Part shown: piece after piece, positions 37,644 through 47,542 of the stretch
How the letters are laid out: each line of letters starts with the position of its first letter
How positions within the stretch are numbered: the stretch's first letter is position 1
Assembly: GCA_038133925.1 (NCBI GenBank)
Contig: JAYPUF010000001.1
Coordinates: forward strand, 16,201-80,200
Direction of reading: 5' to 3'
Length of the DNA: 64,000 nucleotides
From: Marivivens sp.
Lineage (GTDB): Bacteria; Pseudomonadota; Alphaproteobacteria; Rhodobacterales; Rhodobacteraceae
Notes under the pieces: model-generated
The model's input: the letters and a program-made list of their open reading frames with translations, nothing else
Databases searched by the model: none
Told to the model about the DNA's origin: nothing
Made by a program: the position numbers and the translations under genes

Positions 37644-38059
37644 GCGCCCTAGTAAGCGAGGCGCGGGAATGGATTGGAACGCCCTTTGTTCATCAAGGGC
37701 GAAGCAAGGGTGCAGGCTGTGATTGCCTTGGTCTGGTGGCTGGGGTGCTGTCAAAGTTCGGTGATATCCCTGAAATCCCTCTGTATTCCTCTGATTGGGA
37801 TTTTTCTGATAAATTATTATTTTACCGATCATTAAGCGCCAATCTTAATCAAAAATATGAAGCATTTTCGGTTGGTGATTTGATCGGATTTGCCCTTCGC
37901 CGCAACGGGCCTTTGCAACACGTGGGCATCCTTTCGCAGGTCGAACCGACCCCACGATTTATTCATTCCTATAGCACTTACGGCGTCGTCGAGAGTGCAC
38001 TGACCGACGCGTGGCAAAGAAGAATTGTTGCGCGCTTTGAACTTCCCTTTGGAGACTGA
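37640..38059 (+). CDS. GTA g14, NlpC/P60 cell-wall peptidase
   Basis: WIGTPF.HQ, GCDCLGLV, HVGI and FIHSY motifs; TTG start overlaps the g13 stop. Confidence 0.9.
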   Translation: MSALVSEAREWIGTPFVHQGRSKGAGCDCLGLVAGVLSKFGDIPEIPLYSSDWDFSDKLLFYRSLSANLNQKYEAFSVGDLIGFALRRNGPLQHVGILSQVEPTPRFIHSYSTYGVVESALTDAWQRRIVARFELPFGD

Positions 38060-38062
38060 ACA

Positions 38063-41000
38063 ATGGCGACGATAGCTCTTTCTGCACTTGGCATGGCAAT
38101 TGGTGGATCGGTCGGAGGTTCTGTGTTGGGCTTGTCGATGGCCGCCATAGGACGTGCTGTGGGCGCAAGCGTGGGCCAAGTGATTGACCAGAAACTTTTA
38201 GGCCAAGGAGCCGAGCCTGTAGAGAGTGGTCGCTTGGACCGCTTGCGGCTGACGGGGGCAAGCGAAGGTGCTGGCGTTGCGCGCATCTATGGCCAGACGC
38301 GTATCGCTGGTCAGGTGATTTGGGCGTCTCATTTTCAAGAACACTCCGAGACCACTTCAACGGGTAAATTCAGCCCAGAGGTGACGGAGTACGGCTATAC
38401 AATCAGTCTCGCGATCGCGCTTTGCGAGGGCGAGATTTCGGGTATTGGCCGCATTTGGGCAGATGGGACCGAAATTGCGCCATCGTCCTTAAACGTGCGC
38501 ATTTACCGAGGCACAGAGGATCAGCTTCCTGATCCGCGTATCGAGGCAGTTGAAGGGCAAGGGGCTGTGCCTGCTTATCGCGGGATTGCCTATGTCGTTC
38601 TCGAAGATCTGCCTTTGGGAGCTTTTGGCAATCGCGTGCCGCAATTTACCTTCGAAGTCACGCGCCCTAGTTCGCCAAGTGCGCCTATGGATGTCCGCGA
38701 CTTGGCGCATATGGTGAATGGCGTCGCCCTGATCCCCGGCACAGGGGAATATGCGCTTTCGACGCGCAAGGCTCTGATTGAAAAGGAGTTTGGGAACTAT
38801 CTGGCAATCAATGAAAATTCGGCTTCGGGGGAAACGGACCTTGTGACCTCGCTTGACGCGCTAGAGGTTGCTCTTCCTTCGGCCAAGTCGGTATCGCTTA
38901 TCGTTTCATGGTTCGGGGATGATCTACGTTGCGGGGCTTGCTCACTGCGCCCCAAAGTCGAGCAGACCACCATGGATGCGGTTGATCACCCGTGGAGCGT
39001 TTCAGGCCTCGACCGTGGTTCAGCGGGACAGGTTCCGCTTGACGCGGGCCGTCCCGTCTATGGCGGCACGCCCTCGGACGCATCGGTAATCGAAGCGATT
39101 GCCGAGCTGAAAGCACGGGGATTGAAGGCAATGTTTTATCCCTTCATCCTTATGGAGCAAATGACGGGTAATGCCCTTGTCGATCCTTGGAGCGGCACTG
39201 TTGGGCAGCCATATCTTCCATGGCGTGGCCGTATCACGACAAGCCTTGCACCAACGATCAACGGCAGCACAGATGGAACCGAAGCCGCGGCCCAAGAGGT
39301 CGCCGATTTCTTCGGAACCGCTTTGGCCTCTGACTTTGCCATTATCGACGGATCACTCGTCTATGATGGACCCGAGGAATGGTCCTATCGCAGGTTCATT
39401 CTGCACTACGCTCACCTGTGCAAATTGGCTGGCGGCGTCGATAGCTTTTGCATCGGTTCCGAAATGCGAAGCTTGACGCAAATCCGAGGCGCAGGCGAAA
39501 GCTTCCCCGCAGTTGCGCAGTTTATCGCTCTTGCTCAAGAGGTGAGAGCGGTTTTGGGCCCGCACACCCAGATCAGCTATGCTGCGGATTGGAGTGAGTA
39601 TCACGGCTATCAACCCCAAGGCACGTCAGACAAGTACTTTCACCTTGATCCGCTTTGGGCATCCGAAGCGATCGATTTTATCGGTATTGATAACTACATG
39701 CCGCTCTCGGACTGGCGTGATGGCGATGCACATTTGGATGCCGAACGAGCGTCGATCTATAGTCTTGAATACCTGCGGTCTAATGTGGCGGGCGGCGAAG
39801 GCTATGACTGGTATTATCATTCGCCCGAGGCGCGTGCCGCCCAGATTAGAACCCCCATTGCGGATAGCCACGGTGAACCTTGGGTTTGGCGCGTCAAAGA
39901 CCTTAACGGTTGGTGGTCGAACCCGCACCATAACCGCATCAATGGCGTGCGCGAGGCAAATGCGACCGCTTGGGTGCCTGCGTCGAAACCTATAGTGTTC
40001 ACCGAAATGGGATGCGCTGCGCTTCATCGCGGAACCAATCAGCCGAACAAGTTTGTGGACCCAAAGTCTTCGGAGTCGCAGTTGCCCTACCATTCGAATG
40101 GGCAACGAGACGATGTCATTCAGCTTCAATATCTTCGGGCGATGTATTTGCATTTTGCAGATGGGGCCAACAATCCGACCTCTCCGATCTATGGCGGCGA
40201 CATGGTCGATATGACCCGTGCCCATGTCTGGGCATGGGATGCGCGGCCTTTTCCATTCTTTCCGGCAAATGCTGTTCTTTGGTCCGATGGGCCGAACTAT
40301 GAACTGGGCCATTGGCTGAACGGTCGCGCGACAGCGCGGAGCTTGGCGTCTGTCGTCGCAGAAATCTGTGCTGAGGCGCAAGTTGCACCAATCGATGTAT
40401 CGCGACTTTATGGCGTTGTGCGGGGATACTCTGTGGATCGAACACAGAGCTATCGCGCGATCCTTCAACCGTTGATGTTGGCCTATGGCTTTGATGCTTT
40501 TGAGCGCAATGGTGTGCTCCACTTTGTCTCTCGGGGGTATGGTTTGCCACTCACCTTGGACCCAGAACGGCTTGTCCAGCTTGGCGATGACGCTCCGATG
40601 GAGCGCACTCGGGCTCGCGAGGCCGAAATATCTGGCCGCGTCCGTGTGGCCTATGTCGAAGGGGCCGCAGATTACGCAATCCGAGCGAGCGAGGCTGCAT
40701 TTGCGGACGAGAAGGGGACGTCTCTTTCGGAAACCGAGCTTGCGCTCGTTCTAACGTCTTCGGAGGCGCGGCGCATGGCCGAGCGTTGGCTTGTCGAGGC
40801 GCGGCGTGCGCGAGAGACTGTTCAGTTTGCGCTCCCTCCGTCGCAAATAGAGGTCGGAGCAGGTGATGTCGTCCGCCTGAACATGCGGGACTATCGTATC
40901 GATCGGCTTGAACTGACCGAGCATCTTGAGATTGCTGCCACCGAAGTCGCGCGCGCGGATGTTATCGCGCCGCAGATTATGGCTGACCCAATTCGCGTTT

Positions 41001-41914
41001 CCGCGCCCAAAGTTCCGCTGCCCGTTGTTGGGGCTTTGATTGATCTACCTGAGACCCCCTTTGGCTCGGGGCCGCATTTCGCGGCGACTTCGGCCAGTTG
41101 GAACAGCGGTGTTGCGCTCTATCGGTCAGACGATGGCGAGAGCTACCAGTTGTGGCAGAACATTGAGCACCGTGCAGTCATGGGGCGTCTAACAAGCGGC
41201 TTGGAACGCGGTCGGAGCGATGTATGGGATCGCGGGGCGCGGCCAGAGGTCGAGCTTGTAGCGGGAACTCTCACAAGTGTAGGCGAGGCTGCCGTGCTGG
41301 CAGGTTCGAACTATGCCGCAATTGGGGATGGTCATCCCGATACTTGGGAGATCGTTCAGTTTGCCTATGCCGATTTGGCCGGTTCCAAACGCTATCGCCT
41401 GAGCCGCATGTTGCGGGGGCGGTTCGGGACAGAGGTGCGGACCCACGGGGCAAACGCGCTCTTTGTTGTTTTGCCGAACGCAGCCAAGGCGCTGACGTGG
41501 TCGTCCTCTCAGCGCGACACGCTCACACATCTCAGCTATGGGCCGAATGCCGCGCCTCTTAGTGATCCCACGTATCGCAAAGACGCTGTGATTTTGCGTG
41601 ATGTAAAGCAGCGACCCTTTCGTGTGTGCCATCTTCGCGCGATACAGAATGGCGCGTCGATTGAGATCAGCTGGACGCGACAAACGCGGAGCGATGGCGA
41701 AAGCTGGACGGGATACGAGGTGCCATTGGCCGAAGCGAGCGAGCTTTATCAGGTCAAGGTCTTTTCTGGAGGGAGTTTGGTGCGTGATGTCACGACCGAA
41801 ACCCCGAGCCTGTTGCTGGAAGGGCTTCCGCAGGGCGCGGCGACTGTGCAGGTGATGCAACTCTCGCAGGCCTATGGGCCTGGTCTCCCTTCTGAGATTG
41901 AGGTGATTATCTGA
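38063..41914 (+). CDS. GTA g15, megatron (baseplate multidomain protein with TIM-barrel-like domain)
   Basis: 1283 aa; PAYRG, FGNRVP, YGGTPSD, IGIDNYMPLSDWRDG and WAWDARPFP motifs. Confidence 0.94.
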   Translation: MATIALSALGMAIGGSVGGSVLGLSMAAIGRAVGASVGQVIDQKLLGQGAEPVESGRLDRLRLTGASEGAGVARIYGQTRIAGQVIWASHFQEHSETTSTGKFSPEVTEYGYTISLAIALCEGEISGIGRIWADGTEIAPSSLNVRIYRGTEDQLPDPRIEAVEGQGAVPAYRGIAYVVLEDLPLGAFGNRVPQFTFEVTRPSSPSAPMDVRDLAHMVNGVALIPGTGEYALSTRKALIEKEFGNYLAINENSASGETDLVTSLDALEVALPSAKSVSLIVSWFGDDLRCGACSLRPKVEQTTMDAVDHPWSVSGLDRGSAGQVPLDAGRPVYGGTPSDASVIEAIAELKARGLKAMFYPFILMEQMTGNALVDPWSGTVGQPYLPWRGRITTSLAPTINGSTDGTEAAAQEVADFFGTALASDFAIIDGSLVYDGPEEWSYRRFILHYAHLCKLAGGVDSFCIGSEMRSLTQIRGAGESFPAVAQFIALAQEVRAVLGPHTQISYAADWSEYHGYQPQGTSDKYFHLDPLWASEAIDFIGIDNYMPLSDWRDGDAHLDAERASIYSLEYLRSNVAGGEGYDWYYHSPEARAAQIRTPIADSHGEPWVWRVKDLNGWWSNPHHNRINGVREANATAWVPASKPIVFTEMGCAALHRGTNQPNKFVDPKSSESQLPYHSNGQRDDVIQLQYLRAMYLHFADGANNPTSPIYGGDMVDMTRAHVWAWDARPFPFFPANAVLWSDGPNYELGHWLNGRATARSLASVVAEICAEAQVAPIDVSRLYGVVRGYSVDRTQSYRAILQPLMLAYGFDAFERNGVLHFVSRGYGLPLTLDPERLVQLGDDAPMERTRAREAEISGRVRVAYVEGAADYAIRASEAAFADEKGTSLSETELALVLTSSEARRMAERWLVEARRARETVQFALPPSQIEVGAGDVVRLNMRDYRIDRLELTEHLEIAATEVARADVIAPQIMADPIRVSAPKVPLPVVGALIDLPETPFGSGPHFAATSASWNSGVALYRSDDGESYQLWQNIEHRAVMGRLTSGLERGRSDVWDRGARPEVELVAGTLTSVGEAAVLAGSNYAAIGDGHPDTWEIVQFAYADLAGSKRYRLSRMLRGRFGTEVRTHGANALFVVLPNAAKALTWSSSQRDTLTHLSYGPNAAPLSDPTYRKDAVILRDVKQRPFRVCHLRAIQNGASIEISWTRQTRSDGESWTGYEVPLAEASELYQVKVFSGGSLVRDVTTETPSLLLEGLPQGAATVQVMQLSQAYGPGLPSEIEVII

Positions 41915-42207
41915 TGCGGCCTCTTCTTGCTGGGGACATCGACTATGCGCATCGGGCGGTGCTTGCACTTCCCGACGCAGAATGGCGTCCCTTTTTGAAA
42001 CATTTGATCCAAGCGGCGGACGAGGCTGAGGTTTACCGAGAAACCATAGGTCAGCCGCATCCTGAATATGGCACGGGGAGCCTCATGTCGGTGTCGATGC
42101 TGCAAGATCAGGGTGTCGATTCAACGCGTTACACCGAAAGAAGTTGCCGCGCTTTGATTGTGGTTCTCGACGTTTTGATCGAGATGCATAAGACCCGTGA
42201 CCCTTGA
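41914..42207 (+). CDS. Hypothetical protein coupled to GTA g15
   Basis: TGATG overlap with g15; MRPLLAGD...HPEYGTGSLMS. Confidence 0.7.
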   Translation: MRPLLAGDIDYAHRAVLALPDAEWRPFLKHLIQAADEAEVYRETIGQPHPEYGTGSLMSVSMLQDQGVDSTRYTERSCRALIVVLDVLIEMHKTRDP

Positions 42208-42305
42208 AATTTGAACAAATGGCGCATAGCTGACGTCTTCACACCTTTGTTCTTGGCGCGAACGCGCTATCTACGTTAGACTGAGGTATCAAAGAGGGTC
42301 CCGCT

Positions 42306-43133
42306 ATGGCTAATCCAAAGACAAATGTTGCTCCTGTCGATCCCGTATGGGACCGCATCTGTCTTGAAGCAGAGGATGCAGTGCGTGCCGAACCTCTCAT
42401 GGGGGCGTTGCTCCATCAGGGCATTTTGCACCACCCCTCGTTCGAGAGGGCGCTGGCGTACCGTATGTCGATGAAACTGGCATCGTCGGATATGTCCGAG
42501 CAAATCCTGCGCGAAATTGCGGACGAGGCCTATGAGGCGGACCCGTCGATCACGGCTTCAGCGCGCGCTGACCTTGCGGCGGTGTTTGACCGCGATCCCG
42601 CATGTCACCGCTATATGCAGCCGCTTCTCTACTTCAAAGGCTATCAGGCTGTTCAGGCCTATCGCCTTGGCCATTGGCTTTGGACCGAAGGTCGTCATGA
42701 CCTTGCGTATTTCCTTCAGATGCGCGTGTCCGAGGCTTTTGGCGTCGATATTCACCCCGCTGCCCGTATCGGCAAGGGGATTATGATCGACCATGCACAT
42801 TCCATCGTTGTCGGTGAAACGGCTGTGGTCGGGGATAACGTGTCTATGCTCCATTCGGTGACACTCGGCGGAACCGGCAAAGAAGAAGAAGACCGTCATC
42901 CCAAGATCGGCAACGGCGTCTTGATCGGCGCGGGGGCCAAAGTGCTCGGTAACATCAAGGTCGGGGATCGCAGCCGTATCGCTGCGGGTTCTGTCGTGCT
43001 TGAGGATGTGCCGTGCTGCAAGACCGTTGCGGGCGTGCCTGCGCGGATCGTAGGCGAGGCAGGCTGTGACCAGCCCTCCATCGCCATGGATCAGACGCTA
43101 AGTCGCTGCAAGGGTGATCAAGCCGAGAGCTGA
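42306..43133 (+). CDS. cysE: Serine O-acetyltransferase
   Basis: DRDPA, VDIHPAA, GIMIDHA, TLGGTGK and RHPKIG motifs with hexapeptide repeats. Confidence 0.96.
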   Translation: MANPKTNVAPVDPVWDRICLEAEDAVRAEPLMGALLHQGILHHPSFERALAYRMSMKLASSDMSEQILREIADEAYEADPSITASARADLAAVFDRDPACHRYMQPLLYFKGYQAVQAYRLGHWLWTEGRHDLAYFLQMRVSEAFGVDIHPAARIGKGIMIDHAHSIVVGETAVVGDNVSMLHSVTLGGTGKEEEDRHPKIGNGVLIGAGAKVLGNIKVGDRSRIAAGSVVLEDVPCCKTVAGVPARIVGEAGCDQPSIAMDQTLSRCKGDQAES

Positions 43134-43456
43134 TCAAAGGCGTCGAGCGCTTTCATCCCATACATATAGGCGGGACCACCGCCCATCATGACGCAAAGGC
43201 CGATGGTCTCTGCGACTTCTTCACGTGTCGCGCCAGCCTTGATCGCGCCGCGCATGTGAAAGCCGATACAATCTGCACAATGGGTCATGATGCCGACGAC
43301 CACGGCCTGAAGCTCTTTGTGTTTGACACTAAGCGCACCTTCGGAAAGGGCGGCCTTGTGCATCTGGGTAAAGGCTGCACCTGCATCGGGGTGCAGGGCG
43401 CGAAAGCTCTTGGTCAGGTCGGTGGTGTGGGCGAGTTCTGCTTTCCAGTCCATCAT
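43118..43456 (-). CDS. Carboxymuconolactone decarboxylase/AhpD-family protein
   Basis: GALSVKHKEL, CADCIGFH and GATREEVAE motifs. Confidence 0.87.
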   Translation of the reverse strand: MMDWKAELAHTTDLTKSFRALHPDAGAAFTQMHKAALSEGALSVKHKELQAVVVGIMTHCADCIGFHMRGAIKAGATREEVAETIGLCVMMGGGPAYMYGMKALDAFDQLSA

Positions 43457-43546
43457 AGGCTCCGTCGTTGAATTGGCTTTTTCTTAGCCTTAGGGACAGT
43501 GGCGGACTTTGCGATAGATCAATTATTCTACATGTTTTTGCAAAAG

Positions 43547-43575
43547 AAAAACGCCCCCGAAAATCGGAGGCGTTT
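43547..43575 (-). terminator. pdh operon terminator
   Basis: AAAAACGCC-cCCGA-aaa-TCGG-aGGCGTTT. Confidence 0.75.
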
Positions 43576-43595
43576 CAATACGTTGCAAGCCGTTC

Positions 43596-44906
43596 TTAGG
43601 CGAGCATGCCAATCGGGTTCTCGAGGTTCGACTTGATCGCCTCAAGAAGTTGCGCGCCAAGAGCACCGTCGATGACGCGGTGATCGACGGAGAGCGTGAC
43701 CGACATTACAGTTGCGACTTTGATCTGATCATCAGCACCAACGACGGGCTTCTTCACACCAGCGCCAACGGCGAGGATCCCCGAATGCGGCGGGTTGATG
43801 ATCGCGTCAAAGTTGTCGATTCCAAACATCCCGAGGTTCGAGATCGCAAAGGAGCCGCCCTGATATTCATGGGGAGCGAGTTTGCGGTCACGGGCACGTT
43901 TCGCAAGGTCCTTCATCTCTGCCGAAAGGGCGGAGAGGGTCTTGCTGTCCGAGTCCTTGAGAACGGGCGTAAACAGGCCGCCTTCGATGGCGACGGCAAC
44001 TGCAACGTCCGATTTCTTGAACTTGAGCACGCGGTCACCAGCCCAGACGGCGTTCGCCTCGGGGACTTGCTGGAGAGCGAGAGCGCAGGCCTTGATGATG
44101 AAGTCGTTGACCGAAAGCTTGACGCCACGGTCTCCGAGTTTCGCATTAAGCTGCGCGCGGAAGGCGAGAAGCTCGTCGAGTTCGATGTCACGGCGCAGGT
44201 AGAAGTGCGGGACCGACTGCTTGGCCTCGGTGAGGCGAGCAGCGATGGTCTTGCGCATGCCGTCCAGCTTGACCTCTTCGAAGTCGGTGCCTGCATACAT
44301 CTTGAGGACCGTATCGGTGGAGGGGCCTTGTGCGACTGGGGCGGCAGCAAGTGCCGCGGCGGCGGGGGCAGCGGCGGCGGGGGCGGCAACCTTGGGCGAA
44401 GCGGTAGCGCCTTCGACGTCTGCCTTTACGATGCGGCCATGCGGACCCGTACCCGAGATCGCTGTCAGGTCGAGACCCTTTTGCGAGGCGATGCGGCGGG
44501 CGAGGGGAGACGCAAAGACGCGGTTGCCGTCCTTGGCAGGCGCAGCCAGTGCAGGTGCAGCGGCAGGAGCCGAAGCCTCGACCGCCGCAGGGGCGGCTTC
44601 GGCCCCTTTCGATACGGCGGCTGCGGCAGGCGCCGCGGTTGCGCCAGCGGCCGGAACCTCTTCGCCTTCCTCAACGAGGATGGCGATCAGCGCATTCACC
44701 TTAACGCCTTCGGTGCCCTCGGCGATGACGATCTTGCCGATGATGCCTTCGTCGACGGCTTCGAACTCCATCGTGGCTTTGTCGGTTTCGATCTCGGCGA
44801 TGACATCACCCGATTTTACGGTGTCGCCTTCTTTGACGTTCCATTTCGCAAGCGTGCCTTCCTCCATCGTGGGGGACAGGGCGGGCATGAGAATTTCGAT
44901 TGCCAT
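43596..44906 (-). CDS. pdhC: Pyruvate dehydrogenase E2, dihydrolipoamide acetyltransferase
   Basis: Lipoyl ETDKA, E3-binding [15 protein letters not shown] and catalytic DHRVIDG motifs. Confidence 0.96.
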   Translation of the reverse strand: MAIEILMPALSPTMEEGTLAKWNVKEGDTVKSGDVIAEIETDKATMEFEAVDEGIIGKIVIAEGTEGVKVNALIAILVEEGEEVPAAGATAAPAAAAVSKGAEAAPAAVEASAPAAAPALAAPAKDGNRVFASPLARRIASQKGLDLTAISGTGPHGRIVKADVEGATASPKVAAPAAAAPAAAALAAAPVAQGPSTDTVLKMYAGTDFEEVKLDGMRKTIAARLTEAKQSVPHFYLRRDIELDELLAFRAQLNAKLGDRGVKLSVNDFIIKACALALQQVPEANAVWAGDRVLKFKKSDVAVAVAIEGGLFTPVLKDSDSKTLSALSAEMKDLAKRARDRKLAPHEYQGGSFAISNLGMFGIDNFDAIINPPHSGILAVGAGVKKPVVGADDQIKVATVMSVTLSVDHRVIDGALGAQLLEAIKSNLENPIGMLA

Positions 44907-44918
44907 ATTCCAGTCTCC

Positions 44919-46295
44919 TTAACGGTAGGTCACTTTTTTCACTGCTGCGATCACCTCGGCGGTGGTCACAAGCGCGTGCTTTTCGAGGTTGGCAGCATAG
45001 GGCATGGGCACGTCCTTACCGGTGCAGTTCAGGACAGGCGCATCGAGATAATCAAACGCATTTTCCATGACATACGCCGAGAGGTGGTTGCCGATCGAGC
45101 CGACGGGCCAGCCTTCTTCGACGGTGATCATGCGGTTGGTCTTCATGACCGAGGCAATCACGGTGTCATAGTCAAGCGGGCGCAGAGTGCGCAGGTCGAT
45201 AACTTCGGCGTCGATACCTTCTTCGGCGAGCTTTTGCGCCGCTTCGAGGGCATAGGTCATGCCGATGCCAAAGGAGACGATGGTCACATCGTTACCTGCA
45301 CGAGCGACTTTTGCCTTGCCGAACGGTACGGTGAAATCGTCGAGCACCGGAACCTCGAAGGACTTACCATAGAGGATTTCGTTCTCGAGGAAAATCACAG
45401 GGTTAGGATCGCGGATTGCGGTTTTCATCAGGCCTTTGTAGTCGGAAGCCGAATAGGGCATGACAACCTTGAGGCCCGGGATCTGGGCATACCAAGCGGC
45501 GTAATCCTGAGAGTGCTGAGCGCCGACGCGGGCAGCTGCGCCGTTGGGACCACGGAATACCATCGGAGCACCCATCTGGCCGCCCGACATGTAGAGCGTC
45601 TTGGCGGCTGAGTTGATCAGGTGGTCGATAGCCTGCATTGCAAAGTTGAAGGTCATGAATTCAACGATGGGCTTGAGGCCGCCAAAGGCTGCGCCCGTGG
45701 CGATACCTGCAAAGCCATGCTCGGTGATCGGGGTGTCGATCACGCGCTTGGGGCCGAATTCGTCAAGCATCCCTTGGGAAATCTTGTAGGCGCCCTGATA
45801 TTCGCCGACCTCTTCACCCATGAGGAAGACGTTCTCGTCACGGCGCATTTCTTCCGCCATCGCGTCACGAAGCGCTTCGCGGACGGTTTGCGTCTTCATC
45901 GCGGTGCCTTCGGGCCAGTCGGGGGACAGATCAACCTTGGGCGCGGCGGGGGCAGCAGCTCTGGCAGGAGCCGAAGCCTCAGCCGCCACTGGGGCGGCAT
46001 CGGTTTCGGCTGCGGCAGGCGCCGCGGTTGCGCCAGCGGCGGGCACCTCTTCGCCATCTTCAACGAAGATCGCGATGGGAGTGTTGACCTTGACGCCTTC
46101 GGTGCCAGCCTCGATGAGGATTTTACCGACGATACCTTCGTCGACAGCTTCAAATTCCATCGTAGCTTTGTCGGTTTCAATCTCGGCGATGATGTCGCCC
46201 GATTTTACGGTGTCGCCTTCTTTAACGAGCCATTTGGCCAGAGTGCCTTCTTCCATGGTCGGAGAAAGGGCGGGCATGAGAATTTCGATTGCCAT
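44919..46295 (-). CDS. pdhB: Pyruvate dehydrogenase E1 beta with N-terminal lipoyl domain
   Basis: Lipoyl domain followed by [14 protein letters not shown] and DLRTLRP. Confidence 0.96.
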   Translation of the reverse strand: MAIEILMPALSPTMEEGTLAKWLVKEGDTVKSGDIIAEIETDKATMEFEAVDEGIVGKILIEAGTEGVKVNTPIAIFVEDGEEVPAAGATAAPAAAETDAAPVAAEASAPARAAAPAAPKVDLSPDWPEGTAMKTQTVREALRDAMAEEMRRDENVFLMGEEVGEYQGAYKISQGMLDEFGPKRVIDTPITEHGFAGIATGAAFGGLKPIVEFMTFNFAMQAIDHLINSAAKTLYMSGGQMGAPMVFRGPNGAAARVGAQHSQDYAAWYAQIPGLKVVMPYSASDYKGLMKTAIRDPNPVIFLENEILYGKSFEVPVLDDFTVPFGKAKVARAGNDVTIVSFGIGMTYALEAAQKLAEEGIDAEVIDLRTLRPLDYDTVIASVMKTNRMITVEEGWPVGSIGNHLSAYVMENAFDYLDAPVLNCTGKDVPMPYAANLEKHALVTTAEVIAAVKKVTYR

Positions 46296-46316
46296 TGTCT
46301 ATGTCCTCCCTCGAAC

Positions 46317-47306
46317 TCAGGCGTAAATGTCGGTCCAGAGCTCATCGAGCGCTGGTTCGGGGCTGTTTTTCGCGAATTCGGCGGACTCGTTCACGATGTC
46401 TTTGATATCCTTGTCGATCTTCTTGAGATCGTCCTCGGAGGCGTGGCCGCCCGTCAGAAGGATCGAACGCACTTGTTCGATCGGGTCGCGCTCTTCGCGC
46501 ATCTTTTGCACTTCTTCGCGGGTCCTGTATTTCGCAGGGTCCGACATCGAGTGGCCACGATAGCGGTAGGTTTTTACTTCGAGGATGTAGGGGCCTTTGC
46601 CTGCGCGGCAGTGGGCCACGGCGCGTTCACCGGCCTCTTTCACAGCGAGAACTGACATGCCGTCAACTTCTTCGCCTGCGATGCCGTAGGCTTCGCCGCG
46701 CTTCCAGAGGGCAGGGGATTTGGTCGAACGCGCGACCGATGTGCCCATCGCGTATTGGTTGTTCTCAATCACAAAGATCACGGGAAGATCCCAGAGCTGC
46801 GCCATATTGTAGGTCTCATAGACCTGACCCTGGTTGGCCGCGCCGTCACCGAAATAGGCGAAGGTGACGTTGTCGTTTCCTTTGTATTTGTCCGAGAAGG
46901 CAAGACCCGCACCGAGCGGCACCTGAGCGCCAACGATGCCGTGGCCACCGTAGAAGTGCTTTTCCTTGGAGAACATGTGCATCGAGCCGCCCTTACCTTT
47001 GGAATAGCCACCTTCGCGGCCGGTAAGTTCTGCCATCACGCCGTTTGCTTCCATACCGCAAGCAAGCATGTGCCCGTGGTCGCGGTAGGAGGTGACGCGC
47101 TTGTCACCTTCTTTCGTGCAGGCTTCGAGGCCGACAACGACCGCTTCCTGACCGATATAGAGGTGACAGAAGCCGCCGATCAGACCCATGCCATATAGCT
47201 GGCCTGCCTTTTCTTCAAAGCGGCGGATGAGAAGCATCTCGCGGTAATAACCAAGAAGCTCGTCTGCGGATACATTTGCCTTGGGGGCTGGCTTTTTCGC
47301 GGCCAT
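46317..47306 (-). CDS. pdhA: Pyruvate dehydrogenase E1 alpha
   Basis: GFCHL, GGSMH, the TPP motif GDGAANQG...NN, and RGHSMSDP. Confidence 0.97.
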   Translation of the reverse strand: MAAKKPAPKANVSADELLGYYREMLLIRRFEEKAGQLYGMGLIGGFCHLYIGQEAVVVGLEACTKEGDKRVTSYRDHGHMLACGMEANGVMAELTGREGGYSKGKGGSMHMFSKEKHFYGGHGIVGAQVPLGAGLAFSDKYKGNDNVTFAYFGDGAANQGQVYETYNMAQLWDLPVIFVIENNQYAMGTSVARSTKSPALWKRGEAYGIAGEEVDGMSVLAVKEAGERAVAHCRAGKGPYILEVKTYRYRGHSMSDPAKYRTREEVQKMREERDPIEQVRSILLTGGHASEDDLKKIDKDIKDIVNESAEFAKNSPEPALDELWTDIYA

Positions 47307-47328
47307 AGGTCCTCCGTCCTTTGATGGC

Positions 47329-47354
47329 GAAATAGTTTAGCGTTAAACTATTTC
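47329..47354. promoter_or_regulatory. Perfect palindromic operator candidate upstream of pdhA
   Basis: GAAATAGTTTA-gcgt-TAAACTATTTC (11-bp arms). Confidence 0.7.
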
Positions 47355-47467
47355 ATAAACCATCTGATCTCAGAAAGCGAGTATCAATCTAACGAGCGCG
47401 CACATAGGAGGGTTGCGCGAGACGCAATGCGGAGAAGGGGGCTTAATTTTAAGGGGTTACATTTCAA

Positions 47468-47530
47468 AGGGGCGCTGCCCCTCTGCGCCTTGCGGCGCAT
47501 TCACCCCGGGATATTTGGGGCACAAAGGCG
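47468..47530. repeat. REP-like palindromic extragenic element
   Basis: AGGGGC-gct-GCCCCT, TGCGCC-ttgc-GGCGCA, then CACCCCGGGATATTTGGGG; resembles repeats I recall from roseobacter genomes; single copy in this window. Confidence 0.45.
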
Positions 47531-47542
47531 GAAAGTAAGAGT

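Larger units (their letters stand above)
28231..41914 (+). mobile_element. RcGTA-type gene transfer agent head-tail gene cluster (g1-g15), apparently intact
   Basis: Canonical gene order from terminase to megatron; short tape measure; no integrase or replication genes; flanked by mltG and cysE. Confidence 0.95.

Noticed and set aside
28231-41914. Prophage interpretation of the head-tail genes
   Set aside because: No integrase, repressor, replication or lysis genes and no att sites; gene order, size and core flanks match a GTA.
43650-46655. Long plus-strand ORFs (653 aa and 344 aa) opposite the pdh genes
   Set aside because: Antisense shadows of codon-biased genes.
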